Source: Eledone cirrhosa (lineage: Eukaryota). Taken from it: DNA of 64,000 bases. The translations under genes were made by a program, and so were the position numbers. The notes beneath the pieces are model-generated. The model worked only from the letters and a program-made list of their open reading frames with translations. It did no database searches and was not told the origin of the DNA. The stretch is taken from assembly GCA_964016885.1 (NCBI GenBank), contig OZ024745.1, positions 71,548,001 to 71,612,000 of the forward strand, in the 5' to 3' direction. Each line of letters opens with the position of its first letter. Within the stretch, counting starts at the first letter, position 1. Below, piece after piece: positions 26,578 through 38,735 of this stretch.

Positions 26578-26806
26578 TCCCGCTGCCTAATAGTCCTTGC
26601 TCTTTCCCTCATTTTCTTCACATTTATGACATTTACAGTCCTTTCCACTACTTTTCTATACAATCGTATCTGCCCTTCTTTACCCCCCCCCCTCTCTCTT
26701 TGTCCCGCTGCCTAATAGTCCTTGCTCTTTCCCTCATTTTCTTCACATTTATGACATTTACAGTCTTTTCCACTACTTTTCTATACAATCGTATCTGCCC
26801 TTCTTC
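26408..26806 (+). repeat. Three tandem ~113-bp near-identical units separated by variable (CT)n/Cn tracts
   Basis: Unit ctctttgtcccgctgcctaatagtcc...tacaatcgtatctgcccttctt at about 26408, 26570 and 26694. Confidence 0.9.
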
Positions 26807-27900
26807 ACCCCTCCCCCTTTTTTTTTCATTACTTAATTTTACTTTTATCTTTTTTTAATACTTCCGTCATTGTATAACTTCTGTTTGTAAAATATAGTTG
26901 ACATATTTTCAAAATGTATAAAGGAAACTAAACCTCACTGATTTGTGTGTAGTAAACTCAGATCTTGAATTTAGACATTGGCATAAAACGAACATTTTAT
27001 AGATAGGCCTGTGATGTTAGCACCGTTTCCCGAAAGATTTTGCTAGTTTGGAAATCTTGCGGGAATTTTATTCATAATTCTTACAGAATGAAAACATGCA
27101 CACAAATAATATGTACAATATTTAATTACATAAATATTTCACACAAAAAACAGACTCAAAACGAAAGAAACTATTAGCGGAAAAAAATTATTAAAAGAAA
27201 ATATAATTCGAAGAAAATATTTTGACAGTTTTCTATATACAACATCATGAAGACACGTAAACGGTAGAGTTGAGCCAAATGTTTTATGGGATTCAATCCT
27301 GTAGTAGTTTATACATTTGAACTTTGATGTTACTCGAGTCTAGACATCATCTTCCATTGCTAAGAGTCAATAAAATTAAGATTAGTAAGATATGAATTTG
27401 AGGTCAATTTCATCGGAAATGAAAAATGTTTTCTTTTATCATTCTCGACGGAAATATATATTAACACAGTACTTCACTTGCATTTTATTTTATTGACCAA
27501 AGAAGGACAAAGTTGACCTCATTGCCATTTAGGGTATATATTATAATGGTTAGTACATGTAGTTCAAGGGGATAATTTTGTTTCATTGTAACCAGTCCAA
27601 ACATAGTTTTAATAATTGTTTCTACTTTTGGCACAAGGCCAGCAATTATCAGTGTATTACTGGTACTTTATTTTATCGACCCCGTAAGGATGAAAGGCAA
27701 AGTTAACCTCGGCGGGATTTGAACTCAGATTGGAAAGGGCCGCAACTCTATGCGTCAAAGCATGACGTCCGACCCTCTACCGATTCTGCCTGAAGATAGC
27801 GACAATGGGTTAAGTGTCTCACTATCTGATACTTACACTATGTTGTTCAATCGAACAGATCTTTGATCAAAGATATTTCAACCACGACTATCCAGTCTTT

Positions 27901-28633
27901 GGCGATATCCAATTTTAGCTGTCTAAATGCCGCTTACTTGCTGCAGTTGCTGCTTACTTCAATGTATGAGGCTATTCCAACAAATTTACATTCCCCTTTT
28001 TTCGATTTATTTGCCACTGGGGCATAGATTTCTTTATTTGCCCCTTTTTTGTTTGTTTGTTTTTTTGCGATTTATTAGCCTTTTGGGGTCACACACGCCC
28101 CCGTAGAAAGTGTGCGACCTTTCTGCCAGGGAGCACAGAGAGAGGGGGGTGCTCCCTTCTCTTACCTGTACAAGCCGATATAGAGAGATGGCCCACTTAC
28201 ACGGGCCATTATTGCTACTTTCACCCATCTTTCATGGAATTGGCTGGGACTGAGTGCCTTTTTCGGGTGAAAGTAGCAATAATGGCCCGTGTAAGTGGGC
28301 CATCTCTCTATATCGGCTTGTACAGGTAAGAGAAGAAGGGAGCACCCCCTCTCTCTGTACTCCCTGGCAGAAAGGTCGCACACTTTCTACGGGTGTGTGT
28401 GACCCCAAAAGGCTAATAAATCGCCAAAAAACAAACAAACAAAAAAGGGGCAAATAAAGAAATCTATGCCCCAGTGGACAATAAATCGCAAAAAAAAAAA
28501 AAAAAAAATCTATATTTCTTTTAACGGCTAAAAAAAGGGGGAATGTAAATTTGTTGGAATAGCCTCATACATTGAAGTAAGCAGCAACTGCAGCAAGTAA
28601 GCGGCATTTAGACAGCTAAAATTGGATATCGCC
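27901..28633. mobile_element. Foldback-type non-autonomous DNA transposon (Merlin- or Mutator-like)
   Basis: Near-perfect inverted arms at 27901-28226 and 28265-28633 with a 38-bp spacer. Termini are GGCGATATCC...GGATATCGCC. Direct repeat cagtcttt at 27893-27900 and 28634-28641 is an 8-bp TSD (a 9-bp reading is possible). Confidence 0.85.
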
Positions 28634-29456
28634 CAGTCTTTTTTTATAGGTCTCTAAAACCAAATTATCTAATGTGGCCATTCCTTTTTAAAGAAATATG
28701 GGGTGTGATTTGGAGGGAGATTTAGTTGTTATTTCTACAACACTGTACGAGTGAATAGTGTTTCATTAGTAGATACTTCCGTTGATCAAAATCAACAAGC
28801 TCGCAATCCATATTTTACTTTACTTTATTTTTTGTTATTATTTTGTGCATTTTTTCGTGTTATCCCCACGTTTTATTGCGGACATAAAATAAACACCATA
28901 AATATATTTATAATAGCTTTTTTAAAGACTTTCAAGACCAATCCTTTTTTTTTTTATGTATTTTATTTTACAGCAATATAAAGTATTTCTGTAACTTGAA
29001 TTATTGTCGTGAGACAAAAAAAAGCGTTTCCTCTGCTTATCTCCCAGATTTATTAATATAAATGTTCTTGACATTTATTTATTACTTGATACAACATTTT
29101 ATTTGCATTTTTTTCATAAAACTACGAAGAAATTCTCTTTATTCCCATTATATTAGCTTCCATTTTCTCTTCATATTTCTATAAAACATCTTCTTTTACT
29201 GTTTTCAGCCATTAGAATGCAGCCATACTGAGGCACCGTCTTGATTTATTCGATTATATCGACTTCGGTACTTATTTTATCTATCACTTTTTGTTGAACC
29301 GCTAAGTTACAAGATATAAACAGACACAAACCTACACTCGTCCCCCTCCCTCGCTTATTAAATTTTGCTAATCTATCTCCGGCAAAATTTTATTTTAAGT
29401 GGAAGCATTCCTGTGTCTATTAATTTTCTTTATACATTAAAAAAACATACATGACA

Positions 29457-30322
29457 TCTCATATATATATATAAAACTGTGGTTGTCTGTCTGTCTATCG
29501 ATTTTTGGCACACATCTCCTCTTAGAATCTCTCACGGAATTGCACCGAAATTGCTAGACTTGTACATTGAGCCCTAGCGAAGACATCGGAAAAAAGAAAT
29601 TTCAAATTGACCCACCCTATGTGACGAAATCGAATATAATGTATCGATTTTTGAGCGTAAGTTATCAGTTATTTCCCTTTGTTCTGTTTACATTGAGCGT
29701 CTTACGTAAAAAATTACGCTGGCTTTAACAGTTGTCGAGCCAGCAAAATATTGACCTGCAAAATTCATCAGTTCGAACACTAAGCTTCCGTTTTGCTTCA
29801 TTTCCATTTAAAAGCATTTTAAAACAATATTTTTACTTGAAAACAAGTCTATTTAAAGACTACGTAAAACAAGCAAATATTTCGTCGTTAGGCGTGCAGA
29901 CAGACAGTCGTGCAGAGAGGTGATATACGCGTGCAGACAGATAGTCGTGCATAGAGGTGATATAGGCGTGCAGACAGACAGTCGTGCAGAGAGGTAATAT
30001 AGGCGTGCAGACAGACATAACTGATAATTTGGTTACGCTAATGTTTTTCTCTGCGTTGCAGTGTTTACATTTTCGATCTTTGTTAATAAATAACCAGTGC
30101 AGTTTCTATCCCCAGCATCCTCTTTTGTTATAACATTCGGGTTATCGTTATGTTTTCTTAACTTCATAAGGCATATTGTTGGTTGAGGGAATATTAATCA
30201 AAAACACCACATGCAAGTCTGCACAGTAGACACTACAGTTTTTAAGCCAAGAAAGAAACTTAACATTGTAACTTTAACACAGCTACTGAGCGACCCCGAG
30301 CAACGCCGGGCTTTACTGCTAG
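29457..30322 (+). mobile_element. Non-autonomous Helitron
   Basis: The 5' end is A|TC followed by (TA)n-AAAA and GTCT repeats. The 3' end is hairpin cccgagcaacgccggg followed by CTAG|T. No TSD. Confidence 0.8.
29889..30017 (+). repeat. 37-bp minisatellite, about 3.5 copies, inside the Helitron
   Basis: Unit taggcgtgcagacagacagtcgtgcagagaggtgata starts at 29889, 29926, 29963 and 30000. Confidence 0.9.
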
Positions 30323-30492
30323 TACGTTATAAAATGAATAGACGGGTTGGGGGTTACAATGTATAAACTAAACAACTAATTCTGTTTTGTTTTTTAAATC
30401 AACGGAGACAACCTAGAAAAATTACCCCCCCCCCCCCCACACACACACACACTTATTCCACCCCTCTATTATTTGGGACCCGAGAGTATATA

Positions 30493-31785
30493 CAGGGTGT
30501 GGACGATATTTGTTCGCAATTTTCAACTGCTAATTTTATCCAATTTTTTTTACTTCCGTTGTCACTCTTGTCTTCATAAAAACTGACTATATTTCCATTA
30601 TTTATTTTCAGAATAATTGATTATGAATAATTTTGAACCTCCAAATTTGTGAAAGAGACACGGACTTCTTCTTAGAATCTGCACCGGGAGGACAAATAAG
30701 GAAACTTCAGACTTTCTCAGCGTCAGCAGGAGAATGGTGGAAAAGGTCAGAAAGGAATTGGAAGATTCAGGATTCGACTACGAAGCAACATCAGAGAGGA
30801 AAACACATGATCGACGATCTGACGCCTTCAGAACGCCCAAGTTCGTCACTGAAGTTCAGGATATCATCAACAATGAAACTAGCAAGTCGATGCATGCCAT
30901 TGCAAGGGAGAAAGGCGTGGATGAAAAGCTCATTAGGCTGGTGGTACATGAAGACATTTGCTACGTTTCATACAAGATGAGGAAAGGACAATTTCTGTCA
31001 AAGGCGATGCAAGAAAAGCGACTGAAGCATGCAAAGAAGCTGATCAACAAGTTGAAACACCCACTGGAGCCAAACATGCTGTGGTTTTTCTCCGACGAAA
31101 AAAACTTCTGCCAAGACCAGAAGTTCAACTCCCAGAACAACAGGTGGCTCGCTGTCTCATCCAAAGACGTGCCCAGAGTCATGCAGACAAAGTTTCCAGC
31201 GACAACATTGGTCTTAGGTGTCGTCAGCAGTCAAGGTGACGTCATGCCACCTCACTTCTTCCCTGCGGGCCTCAAGCTGAACCCCGATGGCTACATCCAC
31301 ATTCTGAGCGAGGTAGTAAAGCCCTGGATCGACCAGGTAGCTGCAGGTAGGCCGTTCGTGTTGCAGCAAGACTCAGCGCCCTGCCATACCAGCCGAAAGA
31401 CCCAAGCCTGGCTATCAGAGAACTTCGTCGACCACACTTCACCTGACATCTGGCCTCCCAGCTCGCCTGACTGCAACCCCCCCGATTTCTTTGTGTGGGG
31501 CGCAGTGGAACGAGACACCAACAGATCTAGCTGCAATACGAAAGACGATCTGAAGGCCAGGATCACAAGTGCCTTTAGGGGCCTAAGTCGGAGGACAGTG
31601 ACGAAGGCCTGAAGCCTCTTCCGAGGCCGTCATCAAAGCTAATGGCGGGTTTATCGAGTGAGATCGAAAGAAGAAGTCCTGAAGACAAACTGATCCAAGT
31701 TTGATAAATATATCTTAAAAAATAAAACTAGTGTGTTATTTTTTCCTAGACAGTAATCTTGTGAACAAATATCATCCGCACCCTG
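30493..31785 (+). mobile_element. Full-length Tc1/mariner transposon, DD37D (maT) family, inactivated
   Basis: 27-bp TIRs (cagggtgtggacgatatttgttcgcaa, 3 mismatches) are flanked by TA. The transposase has FSDEK, QQDSAP and SPDCNPPD, with 37 residues between the 2nd and 3rd D. ATG is at 30623, with premature TGAs at 30650 and 31610 and a small 3' deletion. Confidence 0.93.
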
Positions 31786-31971
31786 TATATATATATATAT
31801 ATTATTGAACGTCTATTTTTCCACGTTTGACTGGGTTAGATGGGTTGTCACCTTATAAGACAAGTCATATATATATTATTCTACTGTAAATTTATTTATA
31901 TGCTCTGTTTATATTTTCATTCTGAAAGAATTGCAAACGATTTGAAATGTATTTATGAAATAAACCTTTTC

Positions 31972-32005
<34 letters not shown>

Positions 32006-32122
32006 CTTCTGCCTTCTACTGGTACCATCGGAGGCAAGAGGAACCCCAGCAGCTCAAAAACAAGTGTTGTTTACAAATTTGGTGTGTCCACGTATGCGTT
32101 GATATCTGTGTGTGTGTGTGTG

Positions 32123-32421
32123 TGCAAAGCGTAAACAGAAACAACAAAGCAAACAGTACAATGAAGAAATATATTAGTTTAAAGATTGATATAGTCTGAA
32201 AAGAGTCTTTACATTTCAGACACTAATCCTTCATCAGAAGATAGAATGAGAAATAAAAGATAGAAAGATAGAGAAGAAGAGGAAAGAACAGAAAAAGCAC
32301 TTCTGATAAAGGACTAGTGACTGAAACGTAAAGATTCTTTGCTACTGCATCAAGCATTAAACTAATATATTTCTTCATTATACTGTGTTGTTTGCTTTGT
32401 TGTTTCCATTTACTTTTTGCA
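32123..32421. ncRNA. Different inverted-repeat element with minimal type I hammerhead motifs on both strands
   Basis: Arms of about 118 bp surround a purine-rich spacer. Minus 32240-32207 reads CUU CUGAUGA AGG-AUUAGUG-UCU GAAA UG UA^AAG. Plus 32300-32333 reads CUU CUGAUAA .. GAAA CG UA^AAG, with a palindromic ACGU stem III. Confidence 0.6.
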
Positions 32422-32432
32422 TATATATATAT

Positions 32433-32537
32433 AAATGAGTTCCAGAGGACTAGAACTGTTTCATTCATATGAAATCATTAGGAATATCCTGATGATTTCA
32501 TACGAATGAAACAGTTCTAGTCCTGTAGAACTCATTT
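32433..32537. ncRNA. Second copy of the palindromic hammerhead element
   Basis: Inverted arms of about 51 bp. The + strand at 32489-32530 reads CUGAUGA UUUCAUACGAAU GAAA CAG UUCUAGUC CUG UA^GAA. Confidence 0.6.
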
Positions 32538-32689
32538 CTTTATATAATAAAGATGCCTATACTCTACCAATGTATTGAGTACCTTTTTAACTGTGGTTAA
32601 TTCATGACACCGCTCGTAACCTACATATATATATATACTTAGGCTTAGATTTAGATCCTCCTGTGCTAAGTAGCACATTGGCCAACAGT

Positions 32690-33270
32690 CTTCCTCCAAC
32701 ACACATGATCCACTGCTGCCCTTTTGCATCCATACCAGGGGATGTTGACAGCCTCTAGATTGTCTTGAAATTTCCACTGCCAGGTGATCTTCCGTCTAAT
32801 CTTTTCTGTTTGCCTTCAGGAGTGCCAATGATAAGGTAGACAGATAATGTGACTAGCCAGGTAGAACCAACTCTCTGTAATTATCTCTTGTAGTGGTCAT
32901 GTCTTTTCTCTTTTCAGGATCTCTTCATTTGTAATCCGATCTCACTTGGTGACTTTCATGATATTTCTGAAGCACCTTAAATGGAATACATTCTGGTTTC
33001 TGTCAATCTTTGCATATATTTTTGTAGAGAGAACAATAGTGTTGTATAGATACAGCTTGACATCTATGTTGACAGTTGAAGCTGATCAGACAGGGCATTT
33101 GCTGGGACACCGCTGCCGTCTTTCTAATGCAATCTTTTTGGCATTTTGTTGCAATGATGTTGTTAGCTGCTGCAGATTTGAATTAGTCTCAGCTATCAAG
33201 GCAATGTCAGCAAATTTCAGGTCCATCAGCCTTGTCTGTTCTCTCCACAAATTCCTTAGTTGGGTCTACT
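32690..33270 (-). mobile_element. Decayed RTE LINE fragment
   Basis: Minus-strand remnants LMDLKFAD(IALI) and W.PEGK.K..KITW, with many stops. Confidence 0.55.
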
Positions 33271-34749
33271 ATCAGTCATTTCAAGACAAAGTTGGCAGCT
33301 TGTATCATCATCATTTAACGTCTGCTTTCCCTGTTAGGATGGGTTGACCACAACATGTGGTCATGTTGGTGTCACAACAAAAAGCACCAAGTTCACACTG
33401 TAAATGTACTTGCCATTAGGAAGGGCATCCAGCCATAGAAACCAAGCCAGAAACAGTTCTGTATGAGCAAGACACGTTCATCTGATATTTGACTTGTCTC
33501 ATAATGGGACAACTTATCTAACCCATGCTAGCACTAGTGTGGAAAAATGGACGTTAAACGATTTTTGACTAAGTACCAACTGCTTTTTAATAGGTTTATC
33601 ATTGAGATGATAGTGGTGGAAACCAGCTTCCTACTTAGATAGCGGTCTGTAAGAACAAGGCTCTTCTAGCATAGCACCCTCCAGGGTAACACGTTTGCAA
33701 TTTTGTCCACAGGGACCATGAAACAACATCTACCTGATATTTTACAAAGGACATAAGACAATCTAGTATAATATTACAGTGAATAAGGCATACCCCCCTT
33801 CTCTCTCTATATACATATAATATATACATACATGTCAACTTACTGAAAAGTGAGACAATAAAATGAGTTATTGGATTGCTTTGAAGCTGTAAAGTTTATA
33901 TATATATAATGAATGCAAGTGTGGAAAAATGGATATTAAATGGTGATGATGATAATAATGAAGAAACATCAATCCAGAAAATATTTTATAAGAGAAAATA
34001 CTCAAAAACAAATATAGGAATTTTTTACTTATTTTGCACATTTCCTGATTTTTTTTCTATCCATGCATAAAGTGAAACAAATATTGTATGTTGTCAAGTA
34101 ACACATCACAAGCAAAACCAACACCACACCACACCCTACCATCTTAAAAAATAACATATTAGGCAATGTAATTCATGGTATTCTTATACCTAAAAATGAG
34201 AAGGAATGTTCATGGCTGGTTTGCATGTGGTCTATTGAAAGACACTCAGCATTCAAAGGTAAACCTTCATATTGTAGTGTATTTTTGTTGAATTTATTTT
34301 CTTTAAGGTTTATCTTATCAACTATTTATGATTCATAGAAAAATCCATTTATATTTCTTGGAGATTTCAGATGACAGCATTGTAAAGTTTCAATTTGATA
34401 TCAAATGAGATCCAGTGGAAATATGAGAAAATGCATATATATTTATGAATGAGGCAACATATATGACAAATCCTTCCTTACTTTCTCAAACACTTATTGT
34501 TGTGAATTCCTGTTCTCTTACCTCTCCAAAATAAAGATGCCTCTAAAATCCTAAATGGCAAGTTCACAGCCAGAAAGCCAGCTTAAGTTAAAAACTTCTA
34601 GGGTGGAACCAAACATTGAAATACTTTTCCATAAGGTAACATGTAAAGAGCTCTTAACTCTTGATGGAGTTATAGGAGCATTATCATATCACACAATATG
34701 ACTTGGGCATTTCAAACCTGGTAGAGACCACCCCTCTCTAAAGGTATAA

Positions 34750-35010
34750 AGTCTGTTTCAAGCCCAGAGGCTCATCAGGCCAGTGTTTATCATGGTTTCC
34801 ATGGCGTTAAGTGACAGAGTACAAAACTCCCCCTGGAACAGGATGCCAGTCTATCGCAGGGTTAAACCCCTAGCTACTGCTGCATTGATTTTAGTTGAGT
34901 ATACTGGAATAATGTGTAAAGAAGTGTTTGGCTCATAACCCTGTCCAGAAATCAAACCCACAACATTATGATCATAAGTCCAATACAGCTACCACTAGGC
35001 CACATACTTC
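34750..35010 (-). mobile_element. SINE family B, tRNA-like head plus conserved core (other copies about 2985-3122, 9970-10240, 35605-35712, 37670-37920, 56960-57130, 57520-57620)
   Basis: Head ggcctagtggt.ag..g..ggact.atga.c..aa.gttgtggg.t.gatt.c, then gtg.ccttgagcaagacact, and a core ctgcgat.gactggcatcctgt.cagggg. Confidence 0.75.
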
Positions 35011-38000
35011 CACTCCAGAGTGAAAAAACAGCCAATTTCTTCTCAAGTGAGGAAGAATTGATCCCAGTGCTGGACTAGTACTTTATTTATTGACTTCGAA
35101 AGGATGAAAGGCAAAGTTGACCTCAGGGGGATATTTAATTCAATGCCCTAAGAACTCTGCCAATTTGCCACCGCCTTTCCCATAAGAAGCAATTTCCACC
35201 CCACCCCCAAAATATTTTAAAGATTAGTTAATTATTAAATATATTTTTACGTTTTTTTCTGTCAATTACAGTGTTAATCACCTAGCTGCTACTGATACTC
35301 ATTTTCAGATGAGGAAATTGGAACAACATGAAATCAAGTATATTACTTGATGGTACAATATGACATGAGAATCAAACCTATGATCATATAATTGTAAAGC
35401 CATCACCCTAACCACTTGGTCATGCACCTTCATCACACAATATATTGTATAAACTCTCTCTCTCTCATTCTGATCAATCGACAAGATCACAGACCTCATT
35501 CACTTGCCAAGTGGGGAGGACCTCATCAAACTGGACCAAGGAAACAATGTTTCCGTTAGTCTTTCCATTGCTGATACTATCTACCAGTCGCACCTCATGG
35601 CAGAAGGAACAACGCAGAATAAAGTGTCTTGCTCAAGGACACAACACATCACCTGGTCCGAGAATTGAACTCACAATCTCACGATTGCTAACCCAGCTCT
35701 CTAACCACTAAGCCTGCACAATTGTATAAACATTAATGACATATTGTGAAAACATGTCAACAAAATATTGTAAAATATATCAAAGAATATAAAAAACATC
35801 AACAAGATATTGTAAAATTTAAGAACATTAACAAAATATTGTAAAGACAGAATTAAGATATTGTAAAAAAAACATCAGTAAATTTTATTTTGAAAATTAA
35901 CTTTCACACTAATCTATTTTGAATGTTCCCAAAACTGATAAAATAAAAAACAAACATAATTATCTAATATTATTTTGTAATTTTAATTTTAAAAAAGATA
36001 ACTTAAATGAAGTATATAATTTAGCTAATGGTATTTTTTTTTATTAACTGACTAATAATTAATAGAATTTGCTTTCTAAATAAATCTATTACTTTCTCAT
36101 CAGTTCTCTTGTTGACATCACTTACACTGTAGAGTAATAGTAGTGGTGGTGCCAGTGATGGTGGTTGTAGTGGTTGTGGTGGTGACAAGCAGTGTTTGTG
36201 GTAGTTGTGGCAGTGGTGCCAGTGATGGTTGTGGTTGTGGCAGCAGTGGTGGTGGTGTTTGTGACAGCAGTGGTGGATGCGGCAGTGATGGTGGTGCCAG
36301 TAGTGGTTGTGGTTGTGGCAACAGTGGTGGTGGTGGTTGTGGCAACAGTGGTTGTGGTAACAGTGGTGATGGTAGTCATTACATTAGTGGTGGTAGCAGT
36401 GGCAGTATGAAACTGCAAGTAAAGCTACATTTGAGATGTGATTTCCATACCTGGATGTGTCATTTCACTTAACCCTTTTATAACCATATTTCTCATGAAA
36501 AACACTGACTATGATTTTCAAAGAATTTGGAGGAATTTAATATCAAATAACTTTCTGAATATGAAGCTGGTGTTTGGAGATTAACTTAACAAAGGTTCTT
36601 ATATAGAATTATTTAATGCTTTTAGATAAATATGAATACGTTAATCATTTTATTACTATTTTATTTCTAATTAAAAGACATTGCCTATGATTTTCAAATA
36701 ATTAAGAATTTGGAAGGATTCAGTAATATAGCTAACCTCATCATTATGCAGGTGTTTGGAATATGACTTAATAAAGGTTCTTATATAAAATTATGATGGA
36801 AGGATTTAAGATAAATATAAACAACTTAATATTGTAGAAGCAGGTAAAGTTTTAGGTGGTTTGATATCAAAAAGGTTAACATGTTCCTTGTATCCATTTT
36901 GGAATGTGACACTTTATCTCTTTCCCTCTTTCACCACCACCCTCTCTTTTTTCTCCTCTCTTTCACTCCCCCTCTCTTTCATCCCCTTTCACTCTCTTCC
37001 ACTTTTCCCAGCTCTTTCACCTCTCTCATTCTCCCCCACTCCTTTCACCCTCACACTCTCTTTCATTCTCCCCCTCTCTTTCCCTCTCCCCCTCTCTTTC
37101 AGTTCCTTCTCTCATTCTCTGATTTCATTGTTTTACTGAAAATATCTCGCCTAATCCTCAGGTATTGACTGCTCCCAACAGGTCCAGTACTATGGATTAC
37201 TATAATGCTAAACATAGTTAACTAAAGGTGTGTACCATATGTATACTCACTTAAACTTTTAGCATTTAAACCGGATGTATCTGGCCAGAATTTTCTCACC
37301 TCTTTCTGTTCAAACCAGCTATAACTTGCCACTCATACTGATGTTAAGGTAATGTTCTCAACATCCAAATCTCACAGATCTGATATTATGTGAGATAAAG
37401 CCTTTACTGTGAAAATATAATAGTATATATAGAGTAATAAAAATGCTAAAGGGTTAAAGTCAAATTTTTAAAACTATATTTATGTTAACCCTTTTGATAC
37501 CAGCTCTCTGCTAGTTCTATAGAATAAAACCACCCATTTTAAAGGGTTTCTTTCTAATTACATTTAAATCTTATGTTACAAATATGTTAATAATTGTTTC
37601 AACATTTGGCACAAGGCCAGCAATTTGAAGGGAATGGGGAAAGTTGATTAGATCCTCCCTAGTGTGTTCTAAAGTCTGTCTCAAGCCCGGAGGTTCATCA
37701 GGCCAGTGCTTATGGTTTCTGTGGCATTAAGTTACTGAGAGTACAAGACTCCCCCATGGAAAAAATGGCAGTCCGTCACAGGGCTAAACCTGCATATATT
37801 ACTGGTACCCATTTTTAGCTGAGTATACTGGAGCAATGTGAAATGAAGTGTTGTGCAACCCAGTCAAAGAATTGAACCCACAATTTTATGATCATAAGTC
37901 CAACACACTTATTACTAGGCTGTGAACCTTCATCCCAGTGTGTTACTGGTTCTTTATTTCATTGTCTCTGTAAAGATAAAAGGCAAAGCTAACCTCTGCG

Positions 38001-38489
38001 GGATTTTAACTCAGAATGTAAAGGGTCGTAACTATATGCTGCAAAGCATGTTGTTGGATGCTCTACCAATACTGTCAATCCATCGCATGATAATAATTGT
38101 TTCTACTTTAGGCACAAGGCCAGCAATTACCCAGTGCATTACTGGTACTTTATTTTATCGACCCCGTATGATAATAATGAAATAATTTTAGTAAATCCTT
38201 CTAAATTCTTCATTAATTAATTTAAATACAGTGTATTTTATGAGAAATGTAGTAAAGAAAGGGTTAAATTTATGGAGTTGGCTATTACATGGACACTACT
38301 GTTGAGAGATTGAAATTCACACTACAATAAAAAATAAAAAAATACTGTAACAGTAAGTAGAAGCTTCAATGAATAATAAAACAAAAACAATGACTGATAA
38401 TCATAATACTGATGTTAATACCTGTTTCTATGTACTAAAACACACTGCCTACTAACAAAACACATAAGGCTGGCTAACTCTAATAAATA

Positions 38490-38735
38490 TTTCTTCTTCT
38501 TCTTCTTCTTCTTCTACAAGAGTCATGGGGGCAGAGTCCTCAAATACTCCTTCCAGCGGGTCCTATCAGAAGCAACCATATCCAGCTGAATTCCCAAGTG
38601 AGACCAGCCAAACTCATGGATGTTATCCAACCATCTTGCTCGGGGTCTGCCCCTGGGTCTCCTGCCAATTGGTTTTGTCCATAAAATCTGTCCAGCTCTT
38701 TTTTCCTGAGATATTCTAACCACATGCCCACTTGA
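38490..38735 (-). mobile_element. RTE LINE 3' end with (GAA)n tail, copy 1
   Basis: GHVVRISQEK..GRRPRGRPRARWLDNI..DRTRWKEYLRTLPP* followed by (gaa)n. Confidence 0.8.

Noticed and set aside
28034-28457. Mirror-image ORFs on both strands
   Set aside because: Artefact of the foldback inverted repeat, with no recognisable domain.
34748-34785. Minus-strand CUGAUGA-GCC..GGC-UU-GAAA as a hammerhead
   Set aside because: There is no stem III/UH site or stem I partner downstream. It is the tail of SINE family B, and the copy at about 37675 reads GAGA instead of GAAA.
36143-36472. Plus-strand Gly/Cys/Ser-rich ORF (keratin-associated or metallothionein-like look)
   Set aside because: It is a by-product of the GTG-rich tract. 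The splice signals favour the minus strand.
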